A DNA stretch of 64,000 nt from positions 2,272,001-2,336,000 of the forward strand of contig OZ253462.1 in NCBI GenBank assembly GCA_965261395.1. The letters are read 5' to 3'. This DNA comes from Candidatus Latescibacterota bacterium (GTDB lineage: Bacteria; Latescibacterota; UBA2968; UBA8231). A program made the position numbers and the translations under genes. Below are positions 19,113 through 29,716 of the stretch, in pieces; the first letter of the stretch is position 1, and each line of letters opens with the position of its first letter. The notes beneath the pieces were generated by a model. The model was not told where the DNA came from. It saw nothing but the letters and a program-made list of their open reading frames with translations, and did not search any database.

Positions 19113-20747
19113 TCATGCCGGACAGACCAACTCCTTTTCGAGGAGGCCCTGATTGCCCGAATAATCAACCGGCACCTCGATCAAATGCACCCCTCGCGCG
19201 TCGAGGCAGGTGCGCAGCGTCGGCAGCAACTCGGCGGTGGCACCGATGCGGTGGCCGTGCGCTCCGTAGCTGGCGGCGTATTGAACGAAATCCGGGTTGC
19301 CGTAATCGAGACCCCAATCTGCAAAGCCCATGTCGGCCTGCTTCCACTTGATCATGCCGTAGCCGTCGTCGCGTAGAATGAGGACCACGAGGTTCATCCC
19401 GAGGCGCACCGCGGTCTCCAACTCTTGGGAATTCATCATAAAGCCGCCATCGCCGCAGATGGCCATGACCTGTTTGTCCGGCTCCACCAGCCGCGCCGCC
19501 ATGGCCGAAGGCAGCCCGGCCCCCATGGTCGCCAAGGCATTGTCCAACAGCACGGTATTGGGTTCGTGGGCGCGATAGTTGAGGGCGAACCAGATCTTAT
19601 AGACGCCGTTGTCGAGACATATAATGCCGTCGTCGCGCATCGCTCGCCGCACGTCGGCGACCAGCCGCTGGGGCGCGACCGGAAATCCGGGATCGTCGTT
19701 GCCGACCGCGCGGATTTCGTCGATCCACTCTTTGACCTTGGCAAAATAGCTGAAGTCCCAGGTCTTTTGCCGGTTGATCCGCAGCAGCAACTGCCAGATG
19801 CTGTTGCCGATGTCGCCGATGACCTCTAGCTGGGGGAAATAGACCGGATCGACCGAGGCCGAAGAGAAGTTGACGTGAATGACCTGTAAGCCGTTAGGCT
19901 CCATGAAAAACGGCGGCTTTTCGACCACGTCGTGGCCGACGTTGATGATGAGGTCGGCGCGGTCGATGGCGCAGTGCAACGGGTCGTGGGCCGACAGCGC
20001 GGCGTTGCCCAAAAAGAGCGGGTCGCGCTCGTCGACGACGCCCTTGCCCATCTGGGTGGTGAAGAACGGGATGCCGGTGTCGCGGATGAAGTTGAACAGC
20101 ATCTTGGAGGTGCGCTTGCGGTTAGCCCCGGCCCCGATGAGCAAGAGGGGGCTTTGCGCCGCTTCGATTAGGTCGGCGGCTTGGGCGATGGCCTTTTCTT
20201 CGGGGATGGGGCGCCGCACGCGGTCCCTGGGGAAGAGCGGCGTGTCGGTGTCTTCGCAGGCGATGTCTTCGGGCAGCTCTAAATGCACGGCCCCGGGCCG
20301 CTCCTCCTCGGCTAAACGGAACGCCTCACGGACGCGGGAGGGCACACTGTCGCCGCTGACAATCTGGTGGGTGTACTTGGTTAGGGGCCGCATCATCTCG
20401 ACGATATCGACGATTTGGAATTGCCCTTGCTTGCTCGACTTGATGGGCTTTTGGCCGGTGATCATCAGCATGGGCATGGCGCCGAGTTGGGCGTAGGCTG
20501 CGGAGGTGACGAAGTTGGTCGCCCCCGGTCCCAAGGTAGATAGGCACACGCCGGTCTTGCCGGTGAGGCGGCCGTACGTGGCGGCCATGAAGCCTGCGGC
20601 TTGCTCGTGGCGGTTGAGAATCAATTGGATCTGCTCGGAGCCGCGCAGCGATTCGAGCAAGTCGAGGTTTTCCTCGCCCGGAATGCCGAAGAGAAATTCC
20701 ACGCCCTCGTGCTCCAAGGCGCGGACGAAGAGGTCAGATGCTTTCAT
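19113..20747 (-). CDS. Acetolactate synthase large-subunit-like ThDP enzyme
   Basis: MKASDLFV start after AAGGAG; FGIPGEEN, RHEQAA, TLGPGATN, GDGGF ThDP motif. Confidence 0.92.
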   Translation of the reverse strand: MKASDLFVRALEHEGVEFLFGIPGEENLDLLESLRGSEQIQLILNRHEQAAGFMAATYGRLTGKTGVCLSTLGPGATNFVTSAAYAQLGAMPMLMITGQKPIKSSKQGQFQIVDIVEMMRPLTKYTHQIVSGDSVPSRVREAFRLAEEERPGAVHLELPEDIACEDTDTPLFPRDRVRRPIPEEKAIAQAADLIEAAQSPLLLIGAGANRKRTSKMLFNFIRDTGIPFFTTQMGKGVVDERDPLFLGNAALSAHDPLHCAIDRADLIINVGHDVVEKPPFFMEPNGLQVIHVNFSSASVDPVYFPQLEVIGDIGNSIWQLLLRINRQKTWDFSYFAKVKEWIDEIRAVGNDDPGFPVAPQRLVADVRRAMRDDGIICLDNGVYKIWFALNYRAHEPNTVLLDNALATMGAGLPSAMAARLVEPDKQVMAICGDGGFMMNSQELETAVRLGMNLVVLILRDDGYGMIKWKQADMGFADWGLDYGNPDFVQYAASYGAHGHRIGATAELLPTLRTCLDARGVHLIEVPVDYSGNQGLLEKELVCPA

Positions 20748-20761
20748 TAATGCTCCTTGTG

Positions 20762-21811
20762 CTAAACGATTGGTAGGACGGCACCGACCCGGTGAGCGCA
20801 ATCTAGGATTTGCCGCCAAGTTTCTTCTTCGACAGCCACGCCGGCCTGGCGCCGCTGTCGCTCGCGCTTTTCTAACTCTCCGGGCAACAGGATGGCATCG
20901 ACGCCCGCGGCCTTGGGCGAGGCCCGCAGATAGGCTACAAACGCCCGCACTTGAGCCGCGTACTCGGCTAGCGGCTGAAAGCGCCCAATGTCGATGACCA
21001 GCAAGAAGCAGCCATTGCCGATCCGCGCCTTCCGGCCCCGCGCACAACCCGCCCCGCTCAGCGCCCCGCCCAACAGCTCCACCACCACCCCAAGTCCGTA
21101 GCCCTTGTGGCCCATGACGCCGCCAAAGGGCAAGAGGCTGCCGCGCGGCTCGTCGTAAAAGTCCGCGGGATCCGTCGATGGCCGGCCAGCCGCGTCGATG
21201 ATCCATCCCTCGGGAACTGGCTCGCCGCGGTTGCGCTTGACCCGCACCTTGCCCTCGGCCACCACGCTGGTCGTAATGTCCAGCACGAGTGCTCCGCCCT
21301 CTCCGTCGGGCCAACCGCCCGCCAGCGGATTGGTGCCCAAGCGCCCGGCGATGCCGCCCCAAGGGGCCACGCTGGCTCCGCCGCCGTGCGAGTTGGCGCA
21401 GAGCAGGCCGATCATATTCGCCTCGGCGACGCGCTCCACATAGCTGCCGAGGCGACCGATGTGGTTGGAGTTTTTGACGGTTATGGCGGCGACTCCGCAG
21501 TTGCCAGCGCGCTCTAAGCCCATCTCCACCGCTTGGTTCATCACGACTTGACCAAATCCCCAGTGCCCGTCGAGCACGGCCGCCGCCGCGGTCTGGCGCA
21601 CGACTTCGACCTCGGCGTGGGGAACGATCTCCCCCTTTTCGATGGTGCTTATGTATTGGGGAATGCGGATGACGCCGTGCGAGTCGTGCCCCACGGCATT
21701 GGCATCGGCCAGCAGCTTGGCGACGACATCGGCGGCGGCAGGCGGCGCGCCGGCTGCCGCGAAAATGGCTGCGCCGACTTGGCTCAAGTGTTCGATGGAA
21801 AGTACAGGCAT
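20762..21811 (-). CDS. Ldh_2-family 2-hydroxyacid dehydrogenase
   Basis: GHDSHGVIR, HIGRLG, LGTNP, LDITTS, GHKGYGL. Confidence 0.9.
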   Translation of the reverse strand: MPVLSIEHLSQVGAAIFAAAGAPPAAADVVAKLLADANAVGHDSHGVIRIPQYISTIEKGEIVPHAEVEVVRQTAAAAVLDGHWGFGQVVMNQAVEMGLERAGNCGVAAITVKNSNHIGRLGSYVERVAEANMIGLLCANSHGGGASVAPWGGIAGRLGTNPLAGGWPDGEGGALVLDITTSVVAEGKVRVKRNRGEPVPEGWIIDAAGRPSTDPADFYDEPRGSLLPFGGVMGHKGYGLGVVVELLGGALSGAGCARGRKARIGNGCFLLVIDIGRFQPLAEYAAQVRAFVAYLRASPKAAGVDAILLPGELEKRERQRRQAGVAVEEETWRQILDCAHRVGAVLPIV

Positions 21812-21815
21812 AAAG

Positions 21816-23273
21816 TTATCGGGTAATAGACGCGGCTAGCACCGCGAGTAGGTCTTGCGCCTGCTCCTCGGAGAGTTTGACTCGCCGTCGCGCTTTGTCG
21901 ATTAGGGCTTCGGAACGAGCGACCTTGCCCTCGGCGTAGATCTTTAGGGTCTCGCGGCAGAGCGATTGTACTAAGCGGGTGGCTTTGTCGCCATCTACGC
22001 CGACCTCGGCGGCGGCACCCGCGATCTGCTCCTGTAGCCGCCCCTGCTCTAGGTCGGCGAGTGTCTTGGCCAGCAGTTTTTGCAAGAGATGTTGCGCCTG
22101 CGTCCGCCAAGTCCCCGCGTATTCCGCTATGTCTATGACCAACCCGTCGGTGCGAACATTAATGCGATCCGCGCTCAAGCGCGCCAGCGATTGGGTCAAT
22201 CTATAATAGAGGGAATCGACTTGGCCCAGTGATACCTCCTCGTCGTCATTGAGCGCCCGCACCCAAGCTGGTGCTGGATGCCTCTTTGCCAACAACGACC
22301 TGTTCAGCCGCGACCTAAGTGTTGGCACCGCCGCAGTTTGCACGGCTTCTTGGGACCTGCTTGCGGTCTTTATTGTGCCAGCATCGCCGCGGTCCGTTTC
22401 AGCCGGAATTTCCCGCTGTGCGACCGGACTTTCCTCAACGACAACCGAGTCCCGCTCCTCCCGAACCTTTGCTTCGTCCGGTTTCTTCTGGGCCACCTTC
22501 GGCACGGTAATCTCCCGCGTCTTCTCCGCGATCTCCGCGATGACCTGCTGCTTGGGCAGTTGGCGCAACCCGGGTGGCTGCCCCTTGAGCTGCACCTTGC
22601 CCTGCCACCAGATCCACTTGTTGCTCTGCCGCACCTTGTTGCGCAGTGCCTCGGCGGGCCGGTCGGAATCCGGCAGCAGAAAGAGCGCGTCGAGCACCAT
22701 GTCGGGCTGGGGATAGAGGCCCAACCAGCTCCAGGGAATGCCCACTTCAAAGGTGTAGAGCTGATCGCGCCTCGCCCCTCCAGCCTCTACGGGCACGCGC
22801 TCTGTAGGCTGCTCGCGCTGTAGTCCCCCCCACAGATAGGGCGCGCCGTCGGCCGGACTCAGCCAGATGGTATGCCCCAAGGGCTGCTCTGGGCCGCGCA
22901 AGAAAATTTTCAGGTGATCGTAGTAAAACATCGCGTCCTTGCGCTCCCCGGATGGGCCGCGCCATTCGCTTTTGTCAGGGGGAATCTGTTGGGCATCTAC
23001 GGTATCGTCAACTACTGCGGCCGCCACGTACACGTAGTCGGCGTCCCACATCAGGTAGAGGTCGGCCTCGTGATCGGCCGAGCCAGCAAAGGCTCCGCGC
23101 ACGCCCACGCGCTCCCCCCCGGGGACTAGACCGATGTGCTCGGGTGCCCCCCACTCGACCAATATGCCATCGAGCGTTGGCTTGGAGGCCACCGGCACCA
23201 CGGCGACCGGCTCTGCGCTGACGGCCTCCACGGCCATCAGACTCGCCCACGCGGCCCAGGCAGCTCGTCTCAT
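21816..23273 (-). CDS. Secreted protein with a CBM9/DOMON-like domain
   Basis: Signal peptide; PTLDGILVEW, YLMWDADYVYVAAAVVDD, FEVGIPWSWL; low-complexity linker and helical C-terminus. Confidence 0.6.
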   Translation of the reverse strand: MRRAAWAAWASLMAVEAVSAEPVAVVPVASKPTLDGILVEWGAPEHIGLVPGGERVGVRGAFAGSADHEADLYLMWDADYVYVAAAVVDDTVDAQQIPPDKSEWRGPSGERKDAMFYYDHLKIFLRGPEQPLGHTIWLSPADGAPYLWGGLQREQPTERVPVEAGGARRDQLYTFEVGIPWSWLGLYPQPDMVLDALFLLPDSDRPAEALRNKVRQSNKWIWWQGKVQLKGQPPGLRQLPKQQVIAEIAEKTREITVPKVAQKKPDEAKVREERDSVVVEESPVAQREIPAETDRGDAGTIKTASRSQEAVQTAAVPTLRSRLNRSLLAKRHPAPAWVRALNDDEEVSLGQVDSLYYRLTQSLARLSADRINVRTDGLVIDIAEYAGTWRTQAQHLLQKLLAKTLADLEQGRLQEQIAGAAAEVGVDGDKATRLVQSLCRETLKIYAEGKVARSEALIDKARRRVKLSEEQAQDLLAVLAASITR

Positions 23274-23275
23274 CC

Positions 23276-23797
23276 TCACTCGTCTTGGCGCAAGGAGGAA
23301 ACGGCCCAAACAGCGTCCGGGTCATCCATGGCCACAGCCCGCACGCCTCCGGGTACAAACGACAATAGCCCTTCGTAGCTGACCTGTCGCTCGGCATCGG
23401 GATAGATCCAATCGTGCAAGTAATACACCGCGTGTATCTTGGCTTGGAGGATTTCTTTGGCACAGCCAAAACAAGGCCGCATCGTCGAATACAGCACCGC
23501 TCCTTCGGTGGCGATCCCAAAGCGGGCCGCCGACAACAGTGCGTTTTGCTCGGCGTGGACGCAGATGCACAAATCGTAGTCCTTGCCCGAAGCGTACTGG
23601 TCGCGGCGGTCGCAGCGGTCGCACCCCCCGTCGAGGCAGTTGACCATGTTGTGCGGGGTGCCGTTGTAGCCGGTCGAAATGATCCGGTCGTTCTGCACCA
23701 AGATAGCTCCAATGCGGTTGCCCGTGCAGTTGGCACGCGCTCGGACGGCCATGGCGATCCGCATGTAGTACTCGTCCCAATCGGGCCGCTCGAACAT
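23276..23797 (-). CDS. dCMP deaminase (ComEB-like)
   Basis: RPDWDEYYM, TGYNG, HAEQNA, PCFGC. Confidence 0.92.
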   Translation of the reverse strand: MFERPDWDEYYMRIAMAVRARANCTGNRIGAILVQNDRIISTGYNGTPHNMVNCLDGGCDRCDRRDQYASGKDYDLCICVHAEQNALLSAARFGIATEGAVLYSTMRPCFGCAKEILQAKIHAVYYLHDWIYPDAERQVSYEGLLSFVPGGVRAVAMDDPDAVWAVSSLRQDE

Positions 23798-23880
23798 AGT
23801 GCTTCCCTTCCTCGACATAATTGCTCAGTCGCCTGCTAGCTGTTTTGTGCGGATCGTGCGGAATATGGGTTGGTCGGGGA

Positions 23881-23909
23881 ATAATATGCCCGCTGCTGCA
23901 AGGGGTCAA
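23881..23909 (-). promoter_or_regulatory. Sigma70-like promoter for the dCMP deaminase operon
   Basis: TTGACC-17-TATTAT on the minus strand. Confidence 0.6.
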
Positions 23910-23923
23910 CCGCGACCTAGTAG

Positions 23924-25210
23924 CTATTCCTGCGCCGTTTTTGGATCCCGCACGAACGCGATCGACACCAGTAAGGCGACGACGGTCAGGCCAAAGACGA
24001 GCAGAAACGGAGTCGCCGGGCTCCAAGCGTAGAGGAAGCCGCCGCAGAGCGCTGCCGCCATCAGCGGCAGGGTGGTCAAAAATCCGGTCCCAGGGCCGCC
24101 CGTCCCTCCAGAGGCACTGCCGATCGACACGGATCCTCGGCCAATGGCGGCCATCACGCGTCCGCGGATTGCGCTGGGCACGGTGTCGGCTAGCAGGGCA
24201 CCCATAGCGGGGCTGAAAAAGGCTGAGGCCACGGCGATGACACAGCGGATCGCCAGCACGAACCCAAAGGAGCCAGCCAGCAGATACAGTGGAGTCGCAG
24301 CGGAGAGCAGCAAAGCGGCGATGAGAAACCGCGTGCGTCCAAAGCGGTCGGTGAGGAACCCCGCCGGAACCGTCGTCAGGTTCCGCAAGCCGAACTCTAC
24401 CAGCAAGATCAGCCCCCACTGCGAAGCCGTTAGCCCAAGGTGGGTCTTCGCGTACACCACCCAGAAGGGGCCGGCCACGCCGTTGGCGATGAAACACAGA
24501 ATGATCACCACGGACACGGCCCGCAGCGAGCGCGGGAAACCCCGCAGCAGCGCCGGGATGCCAGTATAGGAACGGCCTAGCGCCTGTCCGAGGTTGGCGG
24601 CACTCACCGCTTCCGCTGGTGGCTGCCGGGTCTCGCGGATGAAGATCAGGTTGATCGTAGCTCCCGCGGCGTAGGCCGAGCCCATCACCACGTAGAGGAT
24701 CCGCATCCCCGCCTCAACTCCCCAGGCGTCGATGGCCACGCCGGCGACAAACGGAGCGAACAGCGCCAAGCCCCCGGTCAAGCCGGCCATCGTCGCCATT
24801 CCGCGACCCCGGTTTCTAGCGGACAGAGAGTCGGCGATGAGCGCCGATGTGGCCGGGAAGTGGAACACGGCAAAGCCCCGCATCAGCATGGCCGCGGCCA
24901 CCCATTCCCAACTCGGCGCTACGGCGTTCACCAGCACGGCTATAGCGGAGAAGTAGCCGGCCGCCGCGATCAACCAAGCCCGGTTCATGTGGTCGGCGAG
25001 ATAGCCGGCGATCGGAAACGCGATCAGCCCGCCGAGCGGTCCTAGGGCGTAAACGATCCCGATCTGCTCCGGCTCGCCGCCGAGGGCCAGGATGTAGAGG
25101 GGGACGTACGGGAATACCATGGCCCGACAGAACATGCCCAGACTTCCCGACACGATGAGCACGAGGACATTGCCACGGAGAAATCCGAAGGACTCGGACA
25201 GAGGCCGCAC
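23924..25210 (-). CDS. MFS transporter
   Basis: ~12 TM segments; GYLADHMNR and GFLTDRFGR MFS motifs. Confidence 0.9.
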   Translation of the reverse strand: MRPLSESFGFLRGNVLVLIVSGSLGMFCRAMVFPYVPLYILALGGEPEQIGIVYALGPLGGLIAFPIAGYLADHMNRAWLIAAAGYFSAIAVLVNAVAPSWEWVAAAMLMRGFAVFHFPATSALIADSLSARNRGRGMATMAGLTGGLALFAPFVAGVAIDAWGVEAGMRILYVVMGSAYAAGATINLIFIRETRQPPAEAVSAANLGQALGRSYTGIPALLRGFPRSLRAVSVVIILCFIANGVAGPFWVVYAKTHLGLTASQWGLILLVEFGLRNLTTVPAGFLTDRFGRTRFLIAALLLSAATPLYLLAGSFGFVLAIRCVIAVASAFFSPAMGALLADTVPSAIRGRVMAAIGRGSVSIGSASGGTGGPGTGFLTTLPLMAAALCGGFLYAWSPATPFLLVFGLTVVALLVSIAFVRDPKTAQE

Positions 25211-25298
25211 TATCGCTCCCTCATCCCCTCACTACGCCTGAGCAGCGAAGGGCGGTGAAAACAGAAGCAGGTCAAGGCTAGGGTCATGGCCGCGGTGG

Positions 25299-27305
25299 TC
25301 AATAAGCCAACCCCACCGGGATGAGCCGCTTGATTACCGCGGCTTCCCCCTCGACTTCCAGCCCGAGCAGGTAGAGACCAGTCGGCAAAAGTGCCCCGCT
25401 GTCGTCGCGGCCGTCCCAACGAATGCGCTGTAGGCCCGACTTCTGTCCACCTGCTGCCAGCGTGGCGACTTTGCGGCCATCGAGTGCGTGGATATTCAGC
25501 CGGGCTGCCACGGTGCGGGGTAGTCCTAGGAGGGTATACTCGATTTCTAGCAGGTCGTTGACTCCGTCGTCGTTGGGCGTGACGACGGCGGTAGAGAGGC
25601 GCAGATCGCGGATTTTCTCGGCTTGGGTGGTCGAAGAGGCCAGGACACGCAGGGTACCGGTGGCGATGTCGCCGCCGACATCGCCACCCCGCACGGGCTG
25701 AGGCAGATTCTGGCTCTGGCTGTCGAGTACTTCGCCGTCGAAGGTCCAGGCAAAGTCGAAGACCTCGGCGGCGAAGACGACGCGGATCAACTCGTTGCGC
25801 CCGGCGTTTAGTCGCTCCGGCAAACGTATCGTCAACTCGTCTGCTCTTTCGACCACTTCGCTGGCCACCACCTGTCGCAAAGGGGAGCCCATTTCGAGGT
25901 GCTTGAACGCGGGCTGGCCGCCGGTGCGGATACGCAGCGCGTCGAAGCCCGCGTCGCCGGCGTTAACCTCGGCTTTGACAGCATAGACGAACTCCGTCAT
26001 CGCGCCCATCTCCACCTCAGCAACGCCGCGCAGGGGCTGCGGATCGTCCAACCGGGCCACTTCGCCGATGACCGAGGTGGCCAAAGTCGGCGAGGTTTCG
26101 ATCCACAGGGAATCAAGCCGCACGAAGGCGTCGAACTCCTCACTATTCAGGACGATTTTTAGCTGCAAATGGGAGCCGGACCGCAGGCCGAGCGTTTGGC
26201 CTGACTCGAACGCTGGGACCGACCAGAAGGTCCAGTTGTCTTGGTCGTATTCGATTCCAGCGCGAATCCCCGGCTTGGGGCGCGTCGTCAGCGTCAGCGT
26301 CCCCCCCTGTCCGTCGTCGGCATTGACCGCCCCGCTCGGGTTTTTGAGCACTTCTTGGTAGCGTTGCTGCGGCACCGGGACGCGAGTGCCCATGTCGGTG
26401 AACTCGTAGTAGATATCCGGCTTGGGGTCGGTGCCGGTGCGCGCCTCGACTTGGATTGAGACTGGGGCGTCGGCGGTCTCCACCAGCTCGCCGTCCACCA
26501 TTCGCAGCGCTGTCGCCGACCAAGAGAAGCGCCCGAAGTTGACCTTCCGCTCCAAGTCGAATATTCGGGTCTTGTACACCGCACGCAGGGGAACACCCTC
26601 GCCGAAGAGCTCGAAATCGCCGATGGTGCCCCGATGGGCTTGGCCCTTGGCAAAGGTTGCCTGGGACGATTTTTGCAGCGCCTCGATCTGGGCGGCTTCG
26701 AGCGAGCGCGAGAGCCGACGGATATAGCGGGTGAAGCGCACGTACTGGCGGGGAAACTGGTGCTGCACGTCGGCGCGGAAATTCTCCTGCACATCGGCGA
26801 TCTGCCGCCATTCGCTCGTGTTGTGGGCGGCGACATAGAGTTCATAGGCGGGCACTACGTCTTCGCGCAGGCTCTTGCCGTCCGAGCGGTATCCCTGCGA
26901 GGGCGTATAGAACCCAAAGGAAAAGATGGGCACTGGCACGGCCAAGTCGAAGGTGAAAGTGCGGCCGTCGGGACTGCCGCCCGAAGAGGGCGCGAGATAG
27001 GACGTGCTGTCGCCGTCCACTAGGCGCAAGTTGCCAGATACTCGCGCTCTTTCGCCGTCCACGTAGCCTAGTTCGCGGGGATTCCAGTCGCCCCAGTTGG
27101 TCAGATAGGAGAAGACGGAGCGGTCGGGCTGTATATAGACGGGCTGGATCGCTCCGGGCGTGGTAGTCTCATCGATGAGAATGGCGACCGAGTCGTGCTC
27201 GGCCCACTCCAAGCCGCTACCGCCGATCTGCCACAAGACAATGTCAGCCTCCGCCGTGGTGATCCACGACGCGGCCAGCCACATCAAGATGCGCGCGTAG
27301 GTCAT
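25299..27305 (-). CDS. Secreted protein with a C-terminal FlgD-type Ig domain
   Basis: Start after AGGAGG; signal peptide; TPNDDGVND...WDGRDDSGALLPTGLYL. Confidence 0.8.
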   Translation of the reverse strand: MTYARILMWLAASWITTAEADIVLWQIGGSGLEWAEHDSVAILIDETTTPGAIQPVYIQPDRSVFSYLTNWGDWNPRELGYVDGERARVSGNLRLVDGDSTSYLAPSSGGSPDGRTFTFDLAVPVPIFSFGFYTPSQGYRSDGKSLREDVVPAYELYVAAHNTSEWRQIADVQENFRADVQHQFPRQYVRFTRYIRRLSRSLEAAQIEALQKSSQATFAKGQAHRGTIGDFELFGEGVPLRAVYKTRIFDLERKVNFGRFSWSATALRMVDGELVETADAPVSIQVEARTGTDPKPDIYYEFTDMGTRVPVPQQRYQEVLKNPSGAVNADDGQGGTLTLTTRPKPGIRAGIEYDQDNWTFWSVPAFESGQTLGLRSGSHLQLKIVLNSEEFDAFVRLDSLWIETSPTLATSVIGEVARLDDPQPLRGVAEVEMGAMTEFVYAVKAEVNAGDAGFDALRIRTGGQPAFKHLEMGSPLRQVVASEVVERADELTIRLPERLNAGRNELIRVVFAAEVFDFAWTFDGEVLDSQSQNLPQPVRGGDVGGDIATGTLRVLASSTTQAEKIRDLRLSTAVVTPNDDGVNDLLEIEYTLLGLPRTVAARLNIHALDGRKVATLAAGGQKSGLQRIRWDGRDDSGALLPTGLYLLGLEVEGEAAVIKRLIPVGLAY

Positions 27306-27409
27306 ATGCCTCCTATTGCCGAGTGCACTGCGGAGTCGGGTTGGTCTCGATTTCGCCTTGGCAGCTATGGGCCTTGGCGCGGGCGATTGGTCGGTGAGGA
27401 ACTCGTCCA

Positions 27410-29716
27410 TCAGTAGACTACCGAGATCAGGCGGTTCTCGCTGCGGGTCAGCGCGTCGCCTTCAGCCGTGACGCGGAGGATGTAGATCCCAGGCGCGACG
27501 GTGCGGCCCTGGCTGTCGCGGCCGTCCCATTGATAGGTCTGGTGACCGGCCGTAGTGGCCGCGTCGCTGATGAGGGCGACCCGATGGCCAGTTAAGTTAT
27601 AGACGCCGATGATGACCGGTCGGGGGTCGAGCATTTTGAACAGGTCGAGATCAATTTGCAACTGGTCTGAGATGCCGTCGCCATTGGGAGTCAGTACCCG
27701 GTTCGATAGCGAGAGGTCCGCAAAGAGTCGTCCGTCGGTGGGCAAGGAGATAAAGGTCCGGTCGCTGGCAATGGCGGCCTCGGCGTCGCCGGGGTCAACC
27801 TGTTGCCGCAAAGTGGTTGACAGGGCGCTGTTGAAGAGGAAGGCTTCGAAGCGGGTCTGGTTGAGATAAAGGGTACTCTCGAAGTCGATTTCGATTAGGG
27901 CCGAGCGTCGCACTGGCTCAGCGAGGAGAACCTTGAAGCCATTTTCGGTTTCTTCGACCGGGGCGGTGACCGGCTCGCCGGCGAGCCGCAGCGCACGGAA
28001 GGTGGCCCCAGCGGTGGAGGCCAGTTGGATCTGATCAAAGCCCCGACTGGACGAGACGAAGTCGGAGCGAAGATAGTAGGTAAATTGGCTCATTTCGCCG
28101 GGGGAAACCTCAATGGGAAAGACTTCGGCGCGCGTCTGTTGAGCCAGTGGATTATTGAATTCGAGGACGATATCGTCTAAGGTCGCGGTGGCGAAAGGGT
28201 CTTCGGAGAGGAAGTGGATGTCCAACTGCACGTAGCGCCGAGGGCCGGGCGAGAGGAAGACCTGTCCGGAGGTCGCGTAGGCCCGGCTCCAGTTGCTCCA
28301 GTCGGCCCCAGCGATGCGGACGGTGTCGATGGCCCCTTTGAAGCTGGGGATCAGCTTATTGTATTGTCTCTCGGTGACTTGCTTGCCGTTTTTGTTGTAG
28401 AAGGTGTACTGACTGTCGAGGAGGTTGCCGGTGCGGCTGCGGATTTCGACGTGAGTCCCCGGCGGTGTGTCGATCGCCCAGCCTATTTCCGCAATATGCT
28501 GGATGGAGCCCAGGTCGTAAATCGGCGAGCGCGCCATCACCGCGGCCGGGTGGCCCTCGCCGAAGACCTGCCACTCGGCCGTGGTGCCGATGCGGCCGTT
28601 AAAGGCTTCGAAGCCCTCGGACATGGGGAAGATCAGCCGCACATGGCGGACCTTGCGCAGCGGGAAGCGCTCCTGAAAATGGCGGACTTCTGTTAGGTTG
28701 CGGCGATCCGAGGGCAATTCGCCCAGCAGTTCCCAACTCAACGAGCCATCCGGTGCCTTCGATCCGTCCGACGCGAAGAATTGGTACCAGAGGTAGTTGA
28801 ATTGACGCTGCCGGCCACAATCGCCGCACGCCGCCTTAGGCGCGATGCCACTGGGATCACCGAGCATTCGCACCCTGTCCACCCAATACAGCGCCCCTAG
28901 GTCAATCTCGAACTGTCCGATCTGCTGTTCGGGCTGCGTGCCGGAGCCGCCGCGATGTACCGTGCCCCAATAGGTGGTGATATCGCCATCGACGAGGGTA
29001 TTGCTGATCCCCTTCGACTCGGTGAGGGTGCGGCCGATCTTAGAGGTGGCCTCAGAGACGATTTCGACGCTGCCTCCCCGGCCCCAGATCCCCAGCGAAA
29101 GGTTGTCGCCGATGCTCTCGACCACCACCTCGCTCAGGCGGATATGCTCCGTGGGTAGGTCGGCCTCGATGCGGATATTCTTGAGTGGATTGAGCTGGTA
29201 GTCAATCTCGATGAGGGGTGCTTCGTTGAAGCTATAGCGCCAGCGCTTGTTGTAGCGCAGCGTGCCGGGAAGAACGGAATTGGCATTGCTGAAGAAAGGC
29301 TCGCCGTCGGAGGTGAGGACTTTGAAAAACTCCAGCGGGGTGCTGTTGGCGGCGAAGTGGAGCTCAATTTTGCGCGCCGATACGACGCGCCCCAGATCGA
29401 CTTCGATCCACCAGTCCTCTACGCTGGCGCTCGGATCGGGAGCCCAGTAGGTCGCCGGATCGCCGTCGATCAAATTGAGGGCGTCGCCGGGGTTGGAGCC
29501 CACTTTGCGGATGCCGCCGCTGGCAAAGTCAAAGGCGTTGGCGACGGCGTTGATATTGCGGCGGACAAAGGAGGGTTTGAGCGTACCGCGTGCGACCTCG
29601 ACGGCGTCGCCGGGCAGTTGCCATTGGCGCCAGTCGTCCGACGACGCGATGCGAAGTTGGTCGCCCGCGAGGGGCGTGGCGAGCACTAGGGCACTCACGA
29701 GGATGGCGTTGCGCAT
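27410..29716 (-). CDS. Secreted protein with discoidin-like repeats and a C-terminal FlgD-type Ig domain
   Basis: Signal peptide MRNAILVSALVLATPLAG; LIDGDPATYW...WIEVDLG twice; TPNGDGISD...WDGRDSQGRTVAPGIYIL. Confidence 0.8.
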   Translation of the reverse strand: MRNAILVSALVLATPLAGDQLRIASSDDWRQWQLPGDAVEVARGTLKPSFVRRNINAVANAFDFASGGIRKVGSNPGDALNLIDGDPATYWAPDPSASVEDWWIEVDLGRVVSARKIELHFAANSTPLEFFKVLTSDGEPFFSNANSVLPGTLRYNKRWRYSFNEAPLIEIDYQLNPLKNIRIEADLPTEHIRLSEVVVESIGDNLSLGIWGRGGSVEIVSEATSKIGRTLTESKGISNTLVDGDITTYWGTVHRGGSGTQPEQQIGQFEIDLGALYWVDRVRMLGDPSGIAPKAACGDCGRQRQFNYLWYQFFASDGSKAPDGSLSWELLGELPSDRRNLTEVRHFQERFPLRKVRHVRLIFPMSEGFEAFNGRIGTTAEWQVFGEGHPAAVMARSPIYDLGSIQHIAEIGWAIDTPPGTHVEIRSRTGNLLDSQYTFYNKNGKQVTERQYNKLIPSFKGAIDTVRIAGADWSNWSRAYATSGQVFLSPGPRRYVQLDIHFLSEDPFATATLDDIVLEFNNPLAQQTRAEVFPIEVSPGEMSQFTYYLRSDFVSSSRGFDQIQLASTAGATFRALRLAGEPVTAPVEETENGFKVLLAEPVRRSALIEIDFESTLYLNQTRFEAFLFNSALSTTLRQQVDPGDAEAAIASDRTFISLPTDGRLFADLSLSNRVLTPNGDGISDQLQIDLDLFKMLDPRPVIIGVYNLTGHRVALISDAATTAGHQTYQWDGRDSQGRTVAPGIYILRVTAEGDALTRSENRLISVVY

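Noticed and set aside
19113-21362. Long N-terminal extensions in the ORF track (ALS; likewise glcF, Gfo/Idh/MocA, M19, FlgD proteins)
   Set aside because: They overlap upstream genes or lack an SD; internal starts match family N-termini. The many other overlapping ORFs are GC-rich shadow frames.
23276-23797. Antiphage dCTP deaminase
   Set aside because: Short single-domain enzyme with host-like composition in a metabolic operon and no kinase domain.
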